DNA of 62,543 nucleotides, filler included, from Atractiella rhizophila (Eukaryota): the NCBI GenBank assembly GCA_021432655.1. It is 30 parts of 30 records of this genome, joined end to end, with 100 filler letters (N's around TTAATTAATTAA, not from the genome) between each part and the next. Parts side by side here need not be neighbours in the genome. Positions count along the whole stretch, not along the records: positions 50,393 to 52,342 come from MU272811.1; positions 52,443 to 54,391 come from MU272812.1; positions 54,492 to 56,434 come from MU272813.1; positions 56,535 to 58,473 come from MU272814.1; positions 58,574 to 60,508 come from MU272815.1; 25 more parts are not named here. One strand, given 5' to 3'. Position numbers and translations under genes: made by a program. A model generated the notes under the pieces. The model was given only the letters and a program-made list of their open reading frames with translations. It made no database searches and was not told the origin of the DNA. Positions 50,691-60,608 of this stretch are shown one piece after another; within the stretch, counting starts at the first letter, position 1, and each line of letters starts with the position of its first letter.

Positions 50691-52342
50691 ATGAAGGCGC
50701 TTCCGTATGCCGTCGCATGGGCAAACTTGTTTTTCTCAACCACACGGACGGCTACGGCCTCTTCCCTTACTTCTTCCGCAACGAAAGATAACGACCTATC
50801 TTCCTCTTCCAGAGCTCTAGCGGCCAAGTTGGTCAGTAGAGACGATCATCATGGTGCAGGGGAGCCTCTGGACGAGCTGGATATGGAGCAGATTTGGTCA
50901 ACCCATGAGAGGGATCCATTATCCTTGATCGAATTTGATAGGAATGGAGGAGACGAAAATTGGCCCGATTTTGGGAGGGGACAGGGTGGACTGATGGGTT
51001 GGCATATTGGCTGATGAGCGCAAGCTGGTTCTTCTTCCTGCCCTGTTGTGGGTCCCTCCTTCTTCCCTTCAAATGTTAGGGTTGACCACTGCTCGAGGAT
51101 AGTTCTCTTTCTTCGGACCGCAAAACACCCACTAGCTCTTCTGCCTCGGGTCGGATTTTTAGTCACACTGCTTTTGGGGACTATCACTGGTTCGATGTAC
51201 AGGAAGCTTACACCAGAGCTGTACGAAGGAGAAACGCATTCGACGCTGGCCTGGCCCATTCTTTTCTTTGTCGTGCTCCTCAACATCAAGGACATCCTAG
51301 TTTTCGCCTTTTCTTTATGGAATCGATTCGCAGGAGGCAATTCGGGAAAGGCGAAGGTACGATGGTCGTGGGGCATGATTGGACTGAAGACTTTTTGGAA
51401 ATCCAATCAGAATGGCAAAGGCGGGTTATATTCAAGCCTCAGCCATTCGGAAGATGAAACTCTGCTTGATGAAGAGGAACATCCGAGGAGGAACAGCAGG
51501 ATGTCCATCTCGTCTTCTATCGACTCTGTTCGAGGAGATTCAGCTTTCTTCGACCCAGACCCAAAAAAGTTTCACCTGTCTCGTTCCTCCGCGAGTTCCA
51601 AGCTGTCAACCATCTTGAAGTACACCTTGATTGCTCTCGAACGGTCTCTCCTCTTCCTTGGTTTTGCAGAATTGTGTAGCGGCATCGTGGTCTATACAGG
51701 AAGTTGCAGGCAGAATTACATCAATGGATGTTTGGCGCATATCATCAAAGGTGCGCCCACCGCTCTCAATTGGTGTTTTGCTCATTGGGCGATGCATAAA
51801 GGATCCATCTTCTTCTTTTACGGCCTTTTGACCTTCGCACGCTACCTAGGCGCATGGAGTGAACTGGGATGGGCATGGAACAAACGGCCACAAACGCATT
51901 CATGGAGGGACAATGCAGTGAGCGCAGAGTGGGTAGAAAGCTTTGTTATCTTCCTCTATGGAGCGACGCAGCAGTTCTACGAGCGAAAAGGAGCGCACGA
52001 TGGGGATCCATTTACTGTAAAGGATGTACAACATATCAGCATCGGTCTGTATCCTTTCTCCAGTCTTCTCAATCTGACCGCCCTCGTGTGATAGCCGTTA
52101 TGTTGTGCTGGGTTGGCTTGCTTGGTCTTCTTATCGAAAGCAGGAGGCTGAAGAAGTGGATCACGTTCTCAACTCTCGACAGGCTGAATCACCGCTCTCC
52201 TTCCGAAGTCGAACAGCCTCCAACTTACAACTACAGCTTCAATCCTCTCCCAGCCATAGGGATAATGATTGTTGGCCTCGCTATGGGTTCTCATCATCAA
52301 ACCTACAGGTTCCAGATGACCATCCACTCACTTTGGGGGAAT
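50691..52342 (+). CDS. YTP1/DUF2427 multi-pass membrane protein, 3' truncated, one apparent frameshift near 51009
   Basis: TPELYEGETHSTLAW, NGCLAHIIKG/SIFFFYGLLTFARYLGAWSELGWAWN, SAEWVESFVIFLYG, DVQHISI, SFNPLPA, MGSHHQ. Confidence 0.88.
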
Positions 52343-53306
52343 NNNNNNNNNNNNNNNNNNNNNNNNNNNNNNNNNNNNNNNNNNNNTTAATTAATTAANN
52401 NNNNNNNNNNNNNNNNNNNNNNNNNNNNNNNNNNNNNNNNNNGACCTCCTATGCAACCCCTTTGCCCCATCATCGAGGATCTGGCAACTCCGTCCAGCTG
52501 AACTTCTTGTCCGTTAGGGATGGCTATCGGAGTCGAACCGTACCAGGGGTACGCCGGCTCGGATATCTATCGTATGTCGGTCGATTGAAGAAAAAAGGCT
52601 ACGACTGATGATTCGACTCGAATACGGCCCCAAAGGTGTATTGAATCGCTGGAAGGTGTTTTTTACGATTCCGATACGATACACGATTCTGCATGCCCCG
52701 TTTTCAGGGAACGGCACCAATAGTAAGACGTTCCACCTCCCAGAAGGCACAAGCTAAAAACTCTCTTAACCCATGGCATCGGCATCGCTCTGTCTCTCCC
52801 ACATCTTGATCACAATTGATTTCAAACATGGCAACAATGGAGAGCTTTCTCGGGCTAGGAAAGAGGACATGAACTTCGGTGGGTATTGTGAAAAGGAACA
52901 ATGAGGATGGAACTCCACTAAGTCAGTTTAAGAGGCGAAAAGATCAAGAGTACGAGTGAGCTGCTGAGATGTACAGAAGGCCTAGAACGATTCCGGGATA
53001 TGCAGAACTAAAGGCCCTGCATGTAATGTCACATACATTCCAACCAGCCCCAAATCATGTATGTTTACAAAAGGTTTCTCATTTCCTTCGCTGAGACAAG
53101 TTCAGAGCACCGCTTCACTTTTTGTCAAATGTCAACAACCCATTTATCAAGTTGCATCACTTCTCAAGGATGATGAGGAGCCTGTTCATCGTGCCTTTTC
53201 TCTCTGGACGAGCAGTTACCAACATCAGAGGAGGGAAACAAGGTGTGGTTGCTTTTTGAGCCCGCATAAACTCCTTCAGATCAACACATCTCACGTACCG
53301 GCTCCT

Positions 53307-54014
53307 TGTTAGGGCTGACACTATGTGCGGTCGCCGACAGGCAATGCGTCTGTAGTGGAGGTAAACCTAAGTGAATAGTATGGCATGAGGAGACTAACCT
53401 GTAGTGGAGGTAAACCTAAGAGAATACTCTAAGGTCACCACCACTACATCTCAATGTATTTATACATATGTAAAGGCACTGCCATAAACTGTAACGTATG
53501 TTTCTGGAACACGTAAGAATGCTAGATCAGGAAAGTAGTGAGAATTTGACCTTTACGAGTCGTTTCTGTTTCCCAACCACGATACCAATGAGATGAGCAA
53601 AGGAATAGTAGAGTGGTTGGGAAAAGAAAAGGAAATGGAAACGAAAGGTCTTTTAAATACGTCCAGCCCAGCGGTGAAGTGCCATGTGCTTCCGGATAAC
53701 AGTGACAAACCGAGCACGCTGAGTAAAACAGGATTGAGGCACCTCTTGCCGATCTTCAACATCTAACAAAAGTAATAAAGGGGATACTTGGAGATAAGAT
53801 ATACTGAGCAGTACTAGTGAGAAAGGATAATAAGGCAAAAATGGAGACGGTGCAGACCGGCGAAATGTATAAGAGCAGTGATTCATGTGAGAAAGGGGAA
53901 AGCGGCGGATAGCGCGGGCACGAGCAAAGTAAGCACGTGATCCTATGACGTGGCAAAGGAGGTCATGTGACTTCAGATGGTGCATTTCAGTAATGCGTAG
54001 GGCCAAGCCTGACA
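53307..54014. mobile_element. LTR family A, full-length inverted copy carrying a 232-bp nested insertion
   Basis: TGTTAGGG...CCTGACA; reverse complement of 54924-55412 apart from the insert; flanks CTCCT and TATTG differ. Confidence 0.9.
53537..53768. mobile_element. Nested small solo LTR-like element (family B)
   Basis: Flanked by 5-bp duplication AAAGT (53532-53536, 53769-53773), single in the other copies; ends AGTGAGA...TCTAACA. Confidence 0.75.
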
Positions 54015-54923
54015 TATTGTCCTCAACCAACCTTTCCGAAACTTGTACCAATACATTAGACTCTTGAACTAAGCAATTTCTGGACTCTTCAGTGGGGTAA
54101 CAAAGTTTCAAGCAGCACGTACTACTCCAGCTGCATATCTAACTGGTGAGCTGACCTTTATACTCTTTTTCTCCACAATCATTGCCACTCACTACAACCA
54201 ACTTGTTCATCATCATCTGAAAACATAAGAACTCATAAGTCCCACCTCAAACTGACTGTGTTGGATCAGATGTCTGATGAGGAATATATCCAAGTGATCA
54301 GTTCGTTACCTGGTACGATGTCTGGAGCTGGGTATTACCTAGCTCATCTAGCAACTGCCCCTCTTCCGAAACGTACAACAGCACCATTCTGNNNNNNNNN
54401 NNNNNNNNNNNNNNNNNNNNNNNNNNNNNNNNNNNTTAATTAATTAANNNNNNNNNNNNNNNNNNNNNNNNNNNNNNNNNNNNNNNNNNNNGGGGAAAAC
54501 GGATGGCAGAATCCCATCTGTCTGCTGCCAACATCCTTCTGAAGACGGTTCTGACGGATGAAACGGCTGGAATAGGCTGGAAGCAGGCAGGGCTGAATGT
54601 TGAGTGAGTGGTCCGTTTTCCATCCCAAGCATTCCAGACGTTCTATGAGCTCAAGAAGTCTTGCAAACACATTCTTAGCTTCTACGATGCCATCTCAGGC
54701 CCCAGGCCCCATGTACAACTCCCTTGTTCACCTTAATTTGCCAATTCTCACCCTACACTCCCACCTAGTAGGCCTGTTCAAAAACGCCATCACTTTTTCT
54801 GGATGGCACTTTCACTTTTTAAAGTTGCCTTATGATCAGCCACGAGGCTCTGCACTCAGCCAACGTCCAAGCATCCAAAAACTCTCACTTTCCAGCATCT
54901 GTTTTCTCGCTGTGTCAAACACA

Positions 54924-55412
54924 TGTCAGGCTTGCCCCTACGCATTACCGAAATGCACCATCTGAAGTCACGTGACCCACTTCACCACGTCATGAGATCA
55001 CGTGCCTACCCATCGCCGCTCTGCATATGTCTGCACTGTTCGCCGCTTTCCCATTTCTCACACGAATCGCCGCTCAGCAAACCTTATACATTTCACCGGT
55101 CTGCACCGTCTCCATTTTCGCCTTATTGTCCTTTCGCACTAGTACTACCCAGTATATCTTATTTCCGAGTATTCCCTTTATTACTTTCCTGATCCAGCTA
55201 TCTTACACGTTTCAAGCAACATATGTTACGGTTTATGGCAGTGCCTTTACATATGTAATATACATCGAGATGTAGTGGTGGTGACCTCAGAGTATTCTCT
55301 TAGGTTTACCTCCACTACAGGTTAGTCTTCTCATGCCATACTATTCACTTAGGTTTACCTCCACTACAGACGCATCACCCCTCAGCGACCACACATAGTG
55401 TTTGCCCTAACA
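54924..55412. mobile_element. Solo LTR, family A, 489 bp
   Basis: TG...CA termini, imperfect inverted ends TGTCAGG/CCTAACA, perfect 5-bp target duplication ACACA (54919-54923, 55413-55417). Confidence 0.95.
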
Positions 55413-55614
55413 ACACACTTACATTGAGTCACATTCCCTACCTCTTAGCCAATGCAGCTACAGCACTCCACAGGAGCTCATCCACTCGGCTTCCCAGAGG
55501 GGTTTATTGCTAGATGTGCCGTTTGTTTTCTCACATATTGCCGCTCGGTTTGGGGAATGTTATGTGGCTTATGTAGCTTCTCTTGCATGAACTCACAGGA
55601 GAAATTATGGGTAG

Positions 55615-55966
55615 TGTCAGGTTTGCATCTTATGCAAATCGGCGCCCATCCGCCGGATTGCGTCTCCTATCGCCCATTGGCTTTCCCCGCGAATCGGCGC
55701 CTGTTCGCCCGTTTGCGTTCTATACAAATCTGCTAACCGTCACCACTCTGCGTCTTCCGTTCGCCCATTTGCACCTGCATCACCACTTAGCCCATTTGTG
55801 TCTATTCTTCTCTTATTAACTCTGCATAATTCCACTGTCACTTCCCCTTTTTAGTTCTCTTACATGTTTCATCTGCTCTCCTCTACACTCTGTGGCAGTA
55901 TTATTCCGCTTGTATATATTGATCGGATCTTGACTTGGAAATGGGTGACAACTGAAAGTATTCTCT
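55615..55966. mobile_element. Diverged relative of LTR family A (right end not defined)
   Basis: Starts TGTCAGG; colinear blocks TCTTACATGTTTCA, TGGCAGT, TATATA and GGTGAC...AGTATTCTCT shared with family A. Confidence 0.55.
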
Positions 55967-56199
55967 GCTGCAATAAAGCTAAAATACTAGATTATCATGT
56001 TAACCCCGAGTAAAGAGGTCCCTCAGCACTGTATCTCGTCTCCTCTTCGCATTTTGGAGCATTTGCACACTCACATCATCAGTGATCCCATTCCATGCAT
56101 CCTCTCAGTTGTCAGCTCCATCCTCATCACAACATTCAGCAGCCCTTGATTCAGCCAGTTCCCTTCACCTCACATCCTAGCTCCCCCCGTGCTTTGGAT

Positions 56200-56434
56200 G
56201 ATAGTGAGTGATATTCTGCTAGATCTTCTACCATGTCCCCCATATCCAAACAGATGTTGTGTACAATCATCATTGAAACAACACTGGCATATATGTCATT
56301 GCATGTAATCCCTGGTCATTCCATGAAGAGCAGGAAAATGACCTTGTTGCTAACATTAGAGTATCAAAGTTGCAAGGAAGAAGAAAAGCTAACCTTTCAA
56401 TACACCAAATGCATTTTCAATAATAACACGAGCT
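56200..56434 (-). mobile_element. PIF/Harbinger transposase (DDE_Tnp_4) remnant with an intron
   Basis: ARVIIENAFGVLKG / intron GTTAGC...AACAAG / HFPALHGM(+1)PGITCNDIYASVVSMMIVHNICLDMGD. Confidence 0.75.
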
Positions 56435-56534
56435 NNNNNNNNNNNNNNNNNNNNNNNNNNNNNNNNNNNNNNNNNNNNTTAATTAATTAANNNNNNNNNN
56501 NNNNNNNNNNNNNNNNNNNNNNNNNNNNNNNNNN

Positions 56535-56702
56535 CCTCGTTGACAGACGACGGACGGCGTTGATACAAGCACCAACACCGAAACGGAGCTGAAAAACTGC
56601 TGACAACGGACTGTCGAACATTCAGTCACTTTTGGCAGACTGAACTTCGCCCGCGCAGTAACTGGCTTTTGACGGAACTGACTGAATTCTTACCGAGCCC
56701 TG
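56535..56702. mobile_element. Possible hAT-like/MITE terminus
   Basis: Reverse complement begins CAGGGCTCGGTAAG; repeated CAGTCA, GACTGA and GACGGA motifs inside; partner end not in the contig. Confidence 0.35.
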
Positions 56703-57172
56703 TTTTCATAGAGTGTCAGGACCCTTTGAGCGACCAAAAAGGCGCCACAAAGACCACATTCCACCCTCTTTCCTTCCACATAAGGGCTCAACATTGCAAT
56801 GAATAAAGAAAACACAAGAAAGAACCTCAGCCTACGCTGAAGCACAGATAACAACCCTGCATGATGCGATGGGCAATCCCCATCAATTCCTTCACTTATA
56901 AACCACCCAGAGCGCCTTCCAAAGAGCCCACACCATCACCAGAACTGAAGAAGCCTTAGCGAAACAGGATCTAGCCAGTCTTGTCTTCTGGTGAAACCCC
57001 TCATCTCACATCCCACTATCGCTCCTCCCCCTCTTGCTCCTAGTTATTTACTGTTGGAAGTGAACATATCAAGAAGGGAGAAGCTACACTGTGAGTGTTT
57101 CGTCTTTGGAGTCCCACTTTGTTGGACTCTGATGGTTCTGCCCTCTCCTGTTGATGTTGGTCCCACCTTCAT

Positions 57173-57224
57173 CCCTAACCCTAACCCTAACCCAGTCAAA
57201 TTTGACTGACGGAACAGTTCCGTC
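57173..57224. repeat. Interstitial (CCCTAA)3 followed by two overlapping palindromes
   Basis: CCCTAACCCTAACCCTAACCC, then CAGTCAAATTTGACTG (57193-57208) and GACGGAAC-A-GTTCCGTC (57208-57224). Confidence 0.85.
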
Positions 57225-57241
57225 GCAAAGGAATAGTAGTA

Positions 57242-57650
57242 GTATCCTGGGTGCCTAAGAGGTAAGGATGTAGCCAGGATCTTGTTCCTGACATACGCAG
57301 GGTTGTACCCTAGGCGGCGAGGAGGCAAGGATGTAGGCGGGAATCCTGTTCCCGGCAGCGTCAGGGTCGTACCCTGCATGCCTAAGAGGTAAGGATCTAG
57401 CCAGGATCTTGTTCCTGACATAGGTAGTGTTGTACCCTGGGCGGCGAGGAGACAAGGATTCAGCCAGGATCCTGTTACTGACACAGGCAGGGTTGTACCC
57501 TAGGTGGCGAGGTAGGCGGGATCCTGTTCCTGACAGCATCAGGGTCGTACCCTGGGCGCCTAAGAGGCAAGGATGTAGCTAGGATCTTGTTCCTGACAGA
57601 GGTAGGGTTGTACTCTGGGTAGCCAGGAAGCAAGGATTCAGCCTGGATCT
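57242..57650. repeat. About 63-bp minisatellite, roughly 6.5 diverged units
   Basis: Consensus approx. GTACCCTGGGCG(CCTA/GCGA)AGAGGCAAGGAT(G/C)TAGCCAGGATC(T/C)TGTTCCTGACA..GGCAGGGTT; one unit has an 11-bp deletion. Confidence 0.9.
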
Positions 57651-57894
57651 AAGTACTGTTAGTAGCCGAAGGATAGCACAGGGATTTGTCGTTGTTGTTT
57701 ATGGAGGCAGCCAAGTGTCAATGGCGAAGTTGATGGAGTGGGAGTGATGGTGTGGCAAAGAAGATATTAAGGTTTTTTGTGGTTGGAAGTGTCGAGGTGT
57801 CGTTTCATTTCCGAAAGCCTGATCCCATCAAAATCTGGTTCAACGCTATGGGAAAGCCCATCTGGACTTTATATTGAGGTATCGTGTGGATATA

Positions 57895-58473
57895 TTACGT
57901 CCTCCATTTTATGATAAATGATAACACGCCTATGCAAAATGTTATAATCCTGTGAGGGAGGTCAGCATGCACAAGGCAATAAGAGAACAGAACGTACCAA
58001 AACCATTTCGACCAATGCGTCGTGTTCAATCTTTTGGTCTGCCCAAGCACGAGGAGTACATTGTTACAATGGTCCACGTCGGAAGTGGCAAAACAATCTG
58101 TGAAGAGCTGACGCGCCTGAATAATTTCCTCCCTGGCCAGGTCGTATTGGCACAATAGGAAGAGGAGTCGGGCCAGCCTCCATCTACTCCGAGCTTCGTA
58201 GTAGCCGCTAGCTGCTTTGCTCAAATTGACTGCTTGCACAAGAAACCCGATTGCTTTGAACACGCTCTGGGAGTCCCCACTGTAAAGCTCGCTGATATTG
58301 AAAAGACAATTAAGTTGACCTGCTAGGTCTTGATCCAGCAGGCACAGCTCTTTCGCCTCCTCGAAACGCCTCAGCGCTTCCTCCATCTGACCACGACGCT
58401 GCTCAATCTCCCCGATGCTACGAATGCAATGGGCTTGCCCACGCCGATCTTCCACCACCTGGTACAGCTCCTT
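57895..58473 (-). CDS. C-terminus of a TPR-repeat protein with terminal hydrophobic segment
   Basis: DRRGQAHCIRSIGEIEQRRGQMEEALRRFEEAKELC..., EARSRWRLARLLFLLCQYDLAREEIIQARQLF; 48-nt intron 57950-57997; ends WFWIITFCIGVLSFIIKWRT. Confidence 0.8.
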   Translation of the reverse strand, partial: KELYQVVEDRRGQAHCIRSIGEIEQRRGQMEEALRRFEEAKELCLLDQDLAGQLNCLFNISELYSGDSQSVFKAIGFLVQAVNLSKAASGYYEARSRWRLARLLFLLCQYDLAREEIIQARQLFTDCFATSDVDHCNNVLLVLGQTKRLNTTHWSKWFWYVLFSYCLVHADLPHRIITFCIGVLSFIIKWRT

Positions 58474-58573
58474 NNNNNNNNNNNNNNNNNNNNNNNNNNN
58501 NNNNNNNNNNNNNNNNNTTAATTAATTAANNNNNNNNNNNNNNNNNNNNNNNNNNNNNNNNNNNNNNNNNNNN

Positions 58574-60474
58574 GAGTTCTTCGGGTTGAGGTCAACAAAT
58601 TGGGCGACCAGGAGAGCGATGTCAGGTCCTGCGTGAACAATAGCGGCAAGGAGCGAGGAGCGGGAGAGTACATCATCTTCTGTGAGGGGTTCTATTTCCA
58701 TTATCTCTTGACGAGGGTCCAGAATAGTCCAGTTTCCACGAGCATTGGATTTTGGATTTACGGTCTCGCCTTGAGTGCGGCGAAGGCGATTGCTAGATCC
58801 GGTTTCGACAGCGCGGTTGAAGACAAGACGAGTAAGGTGTTGCTTATGAACGGGACTTCCTAGCTCCATCCTGCTTGCAACATAGAACTCTTCCCGACTT
58901 CTTGAACTCAGCCACATTGATGCTGAAGGAACCATCGGATCGATCTCCATACCCTCCGACTGCTCCAACTGAGGCTGAGGCTCCAACTCTCCTTCACCAT
59001 GACCTCCAAGTGTGAGCATTCCTAACAGAGCCATTTGTTCTTCCGATGACAGTTCCCTGAGCCGGTCCCTCTCCTGGTCTACAACGGTAGCACAATTGAT
59101 TGCTTCGGCAATATGACTATCGACTTGATCACGAAAGGAGAGCTGAGGGGGATAGATGCTCTGAAGAACGGCTGCATCTCGAGCAACCTGTTGGAAGTTT
59201 GGAGGCGGAGGAGCACGGCGGTTTGGAGGGGAGTTTTCGTCGTCAAACTCGTCTGCTGGTCCGTTCTTTCTGAGGGCTGAGAAGAAGGAACCGACATTAA
59301 CGGTCCAGGCAGAGGCACGGAAGGAGAGTTTGGAGTCGCCATAGAGCTGCAAAGTTGCTGTCGCATCATCAAGACCAGATCTCCACAATTCTTCAACCCG
59401 CCCAATGATCGTCAAAGCTCGAACGTCACCCTGAATCTGAGAGGGATTGGTATGATCAATTCCATCCTTCAGATTCACACCACGGCGAGGATCCTTTGGT
59501 CGACAGTAGCTATATTTCCCGTTCAAAAGGTCTTCGATCTCCATCGCTGCCACTGAGCTATACGCAGCTTGTAACATATCAAATACTTTCTGAGTTCCTT
59601 TCAGACACCGAATAATAGAAAAGAGTCCTTCCAACCGATCTGAACCGAGAAAACCCAGAAATACCTCGCCATTAGGATCAACCTTCGCTTGACGGAGAGC
59701 TGAAACCCAAGCGGAGGATACGACAGTGAGAAGGTCATGATAGATTTGCCACGGGCAGAAATGTCCGGCATGCTTCGAGTAGCAAGTGTAGAGGAGGGCA
59801 GCAGCGTGTGTGAGCTGGCGTAGTTTGATCGGGGAGAGAGTTATTAGGATTGACAAAGCTGAGGAGGATCAATTCAAGAATCTTGGCCAGAAGCTGATAC
59901 ACTCGCCACTCTGTGAGAATGCAAGGATCACTGTCCATGGGGACTTGGAGGTCCTGAAGTTGAATGAAGCGATGGATGAAGCGAGTTGCAGCTGGAACAT
60001 TTTGAGCATCGTCCTCGAAGAAGAGGTGCTGCCACTCATACTCAGAGACCTCAGGATGTCGCTTTTGAAGCCATTCAAGGTGACGGTCCACTGTCAAAAG
60101 GGTTGCTCCAACACGTAAGCCATGGTTTCGTGTGAGCCAAGTTCAGATTCTCTTCCAAATGTGCTTTGGGTCGACACAATAGACCACTCCACATTCTGAG
60201 CAGGCGTCATCGAAGAAAGGGAGGTCGAGGGGGAGAAGGTCGGCCAACTCGGGAACGGCTTGCAGCAGTTTCGACTCCCGATAAATGACTTGGGCATTCC
60301 GACGACGCCCTCCATCTCCGTCACTACAGCTGGTAACGTGGACGCTACCCGGTCGATTCTTCTCCAACCATTCCTTGAACACTCTGTCATGAAGTCGCAT
60401 ATCTTCTTGGATCATCTCATCTGTCAACCCCATGCCACAACATCCGGACACCGACATAATCTTGCAGCCATAAC
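58574..60474 (-). mobile_element. P-element/THAP9-like DDE transposase pseudogene
   Basis: CSDGDGGRRR, VDPKHIWKRI*, DDAQNVPAATRFI, FLGSDRLEGLFSIIR, DHTNPS; one stop (60143-60145) and one +1 frameshift near 59824. Confidence 0.7.
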
Positions 60475-60608
60475 CTAAGAAGTTTAGCGTCAGCCTCAAA
60501 CCTAGCAGNNNNNNNNNNNNNNNNNNNNNNNNNNNNNNNNNNNNNNNNNNNNTTAATTAATTAANNNNNNNNNNNNNNNNNNNNNNNNNNNNNNNNNNNN
60601 NNNNNNNN

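Noticed and set aside
54492..54923. LINE C-terminal remnant flanking the solo LTR
   Set aside because: Resemblance too weak and no reverse transcriptase motifs visible.
57173..57193. True telomere
   Set aside because: Only 3.5 units and internal to the contig.
56535..60508. TPR gene plus P-like transposase as a linked immune/transposon system
   Set aside because: They lie on different contigs separated by a linker, so linkage is unsupported.
2032..60608. Regularly spaced TTAATTAATTAA as a CRISPR-like or biological repeat
   Set aside because: Always centred in N runs of fixed length with six-frame stops; a concatenation linker.
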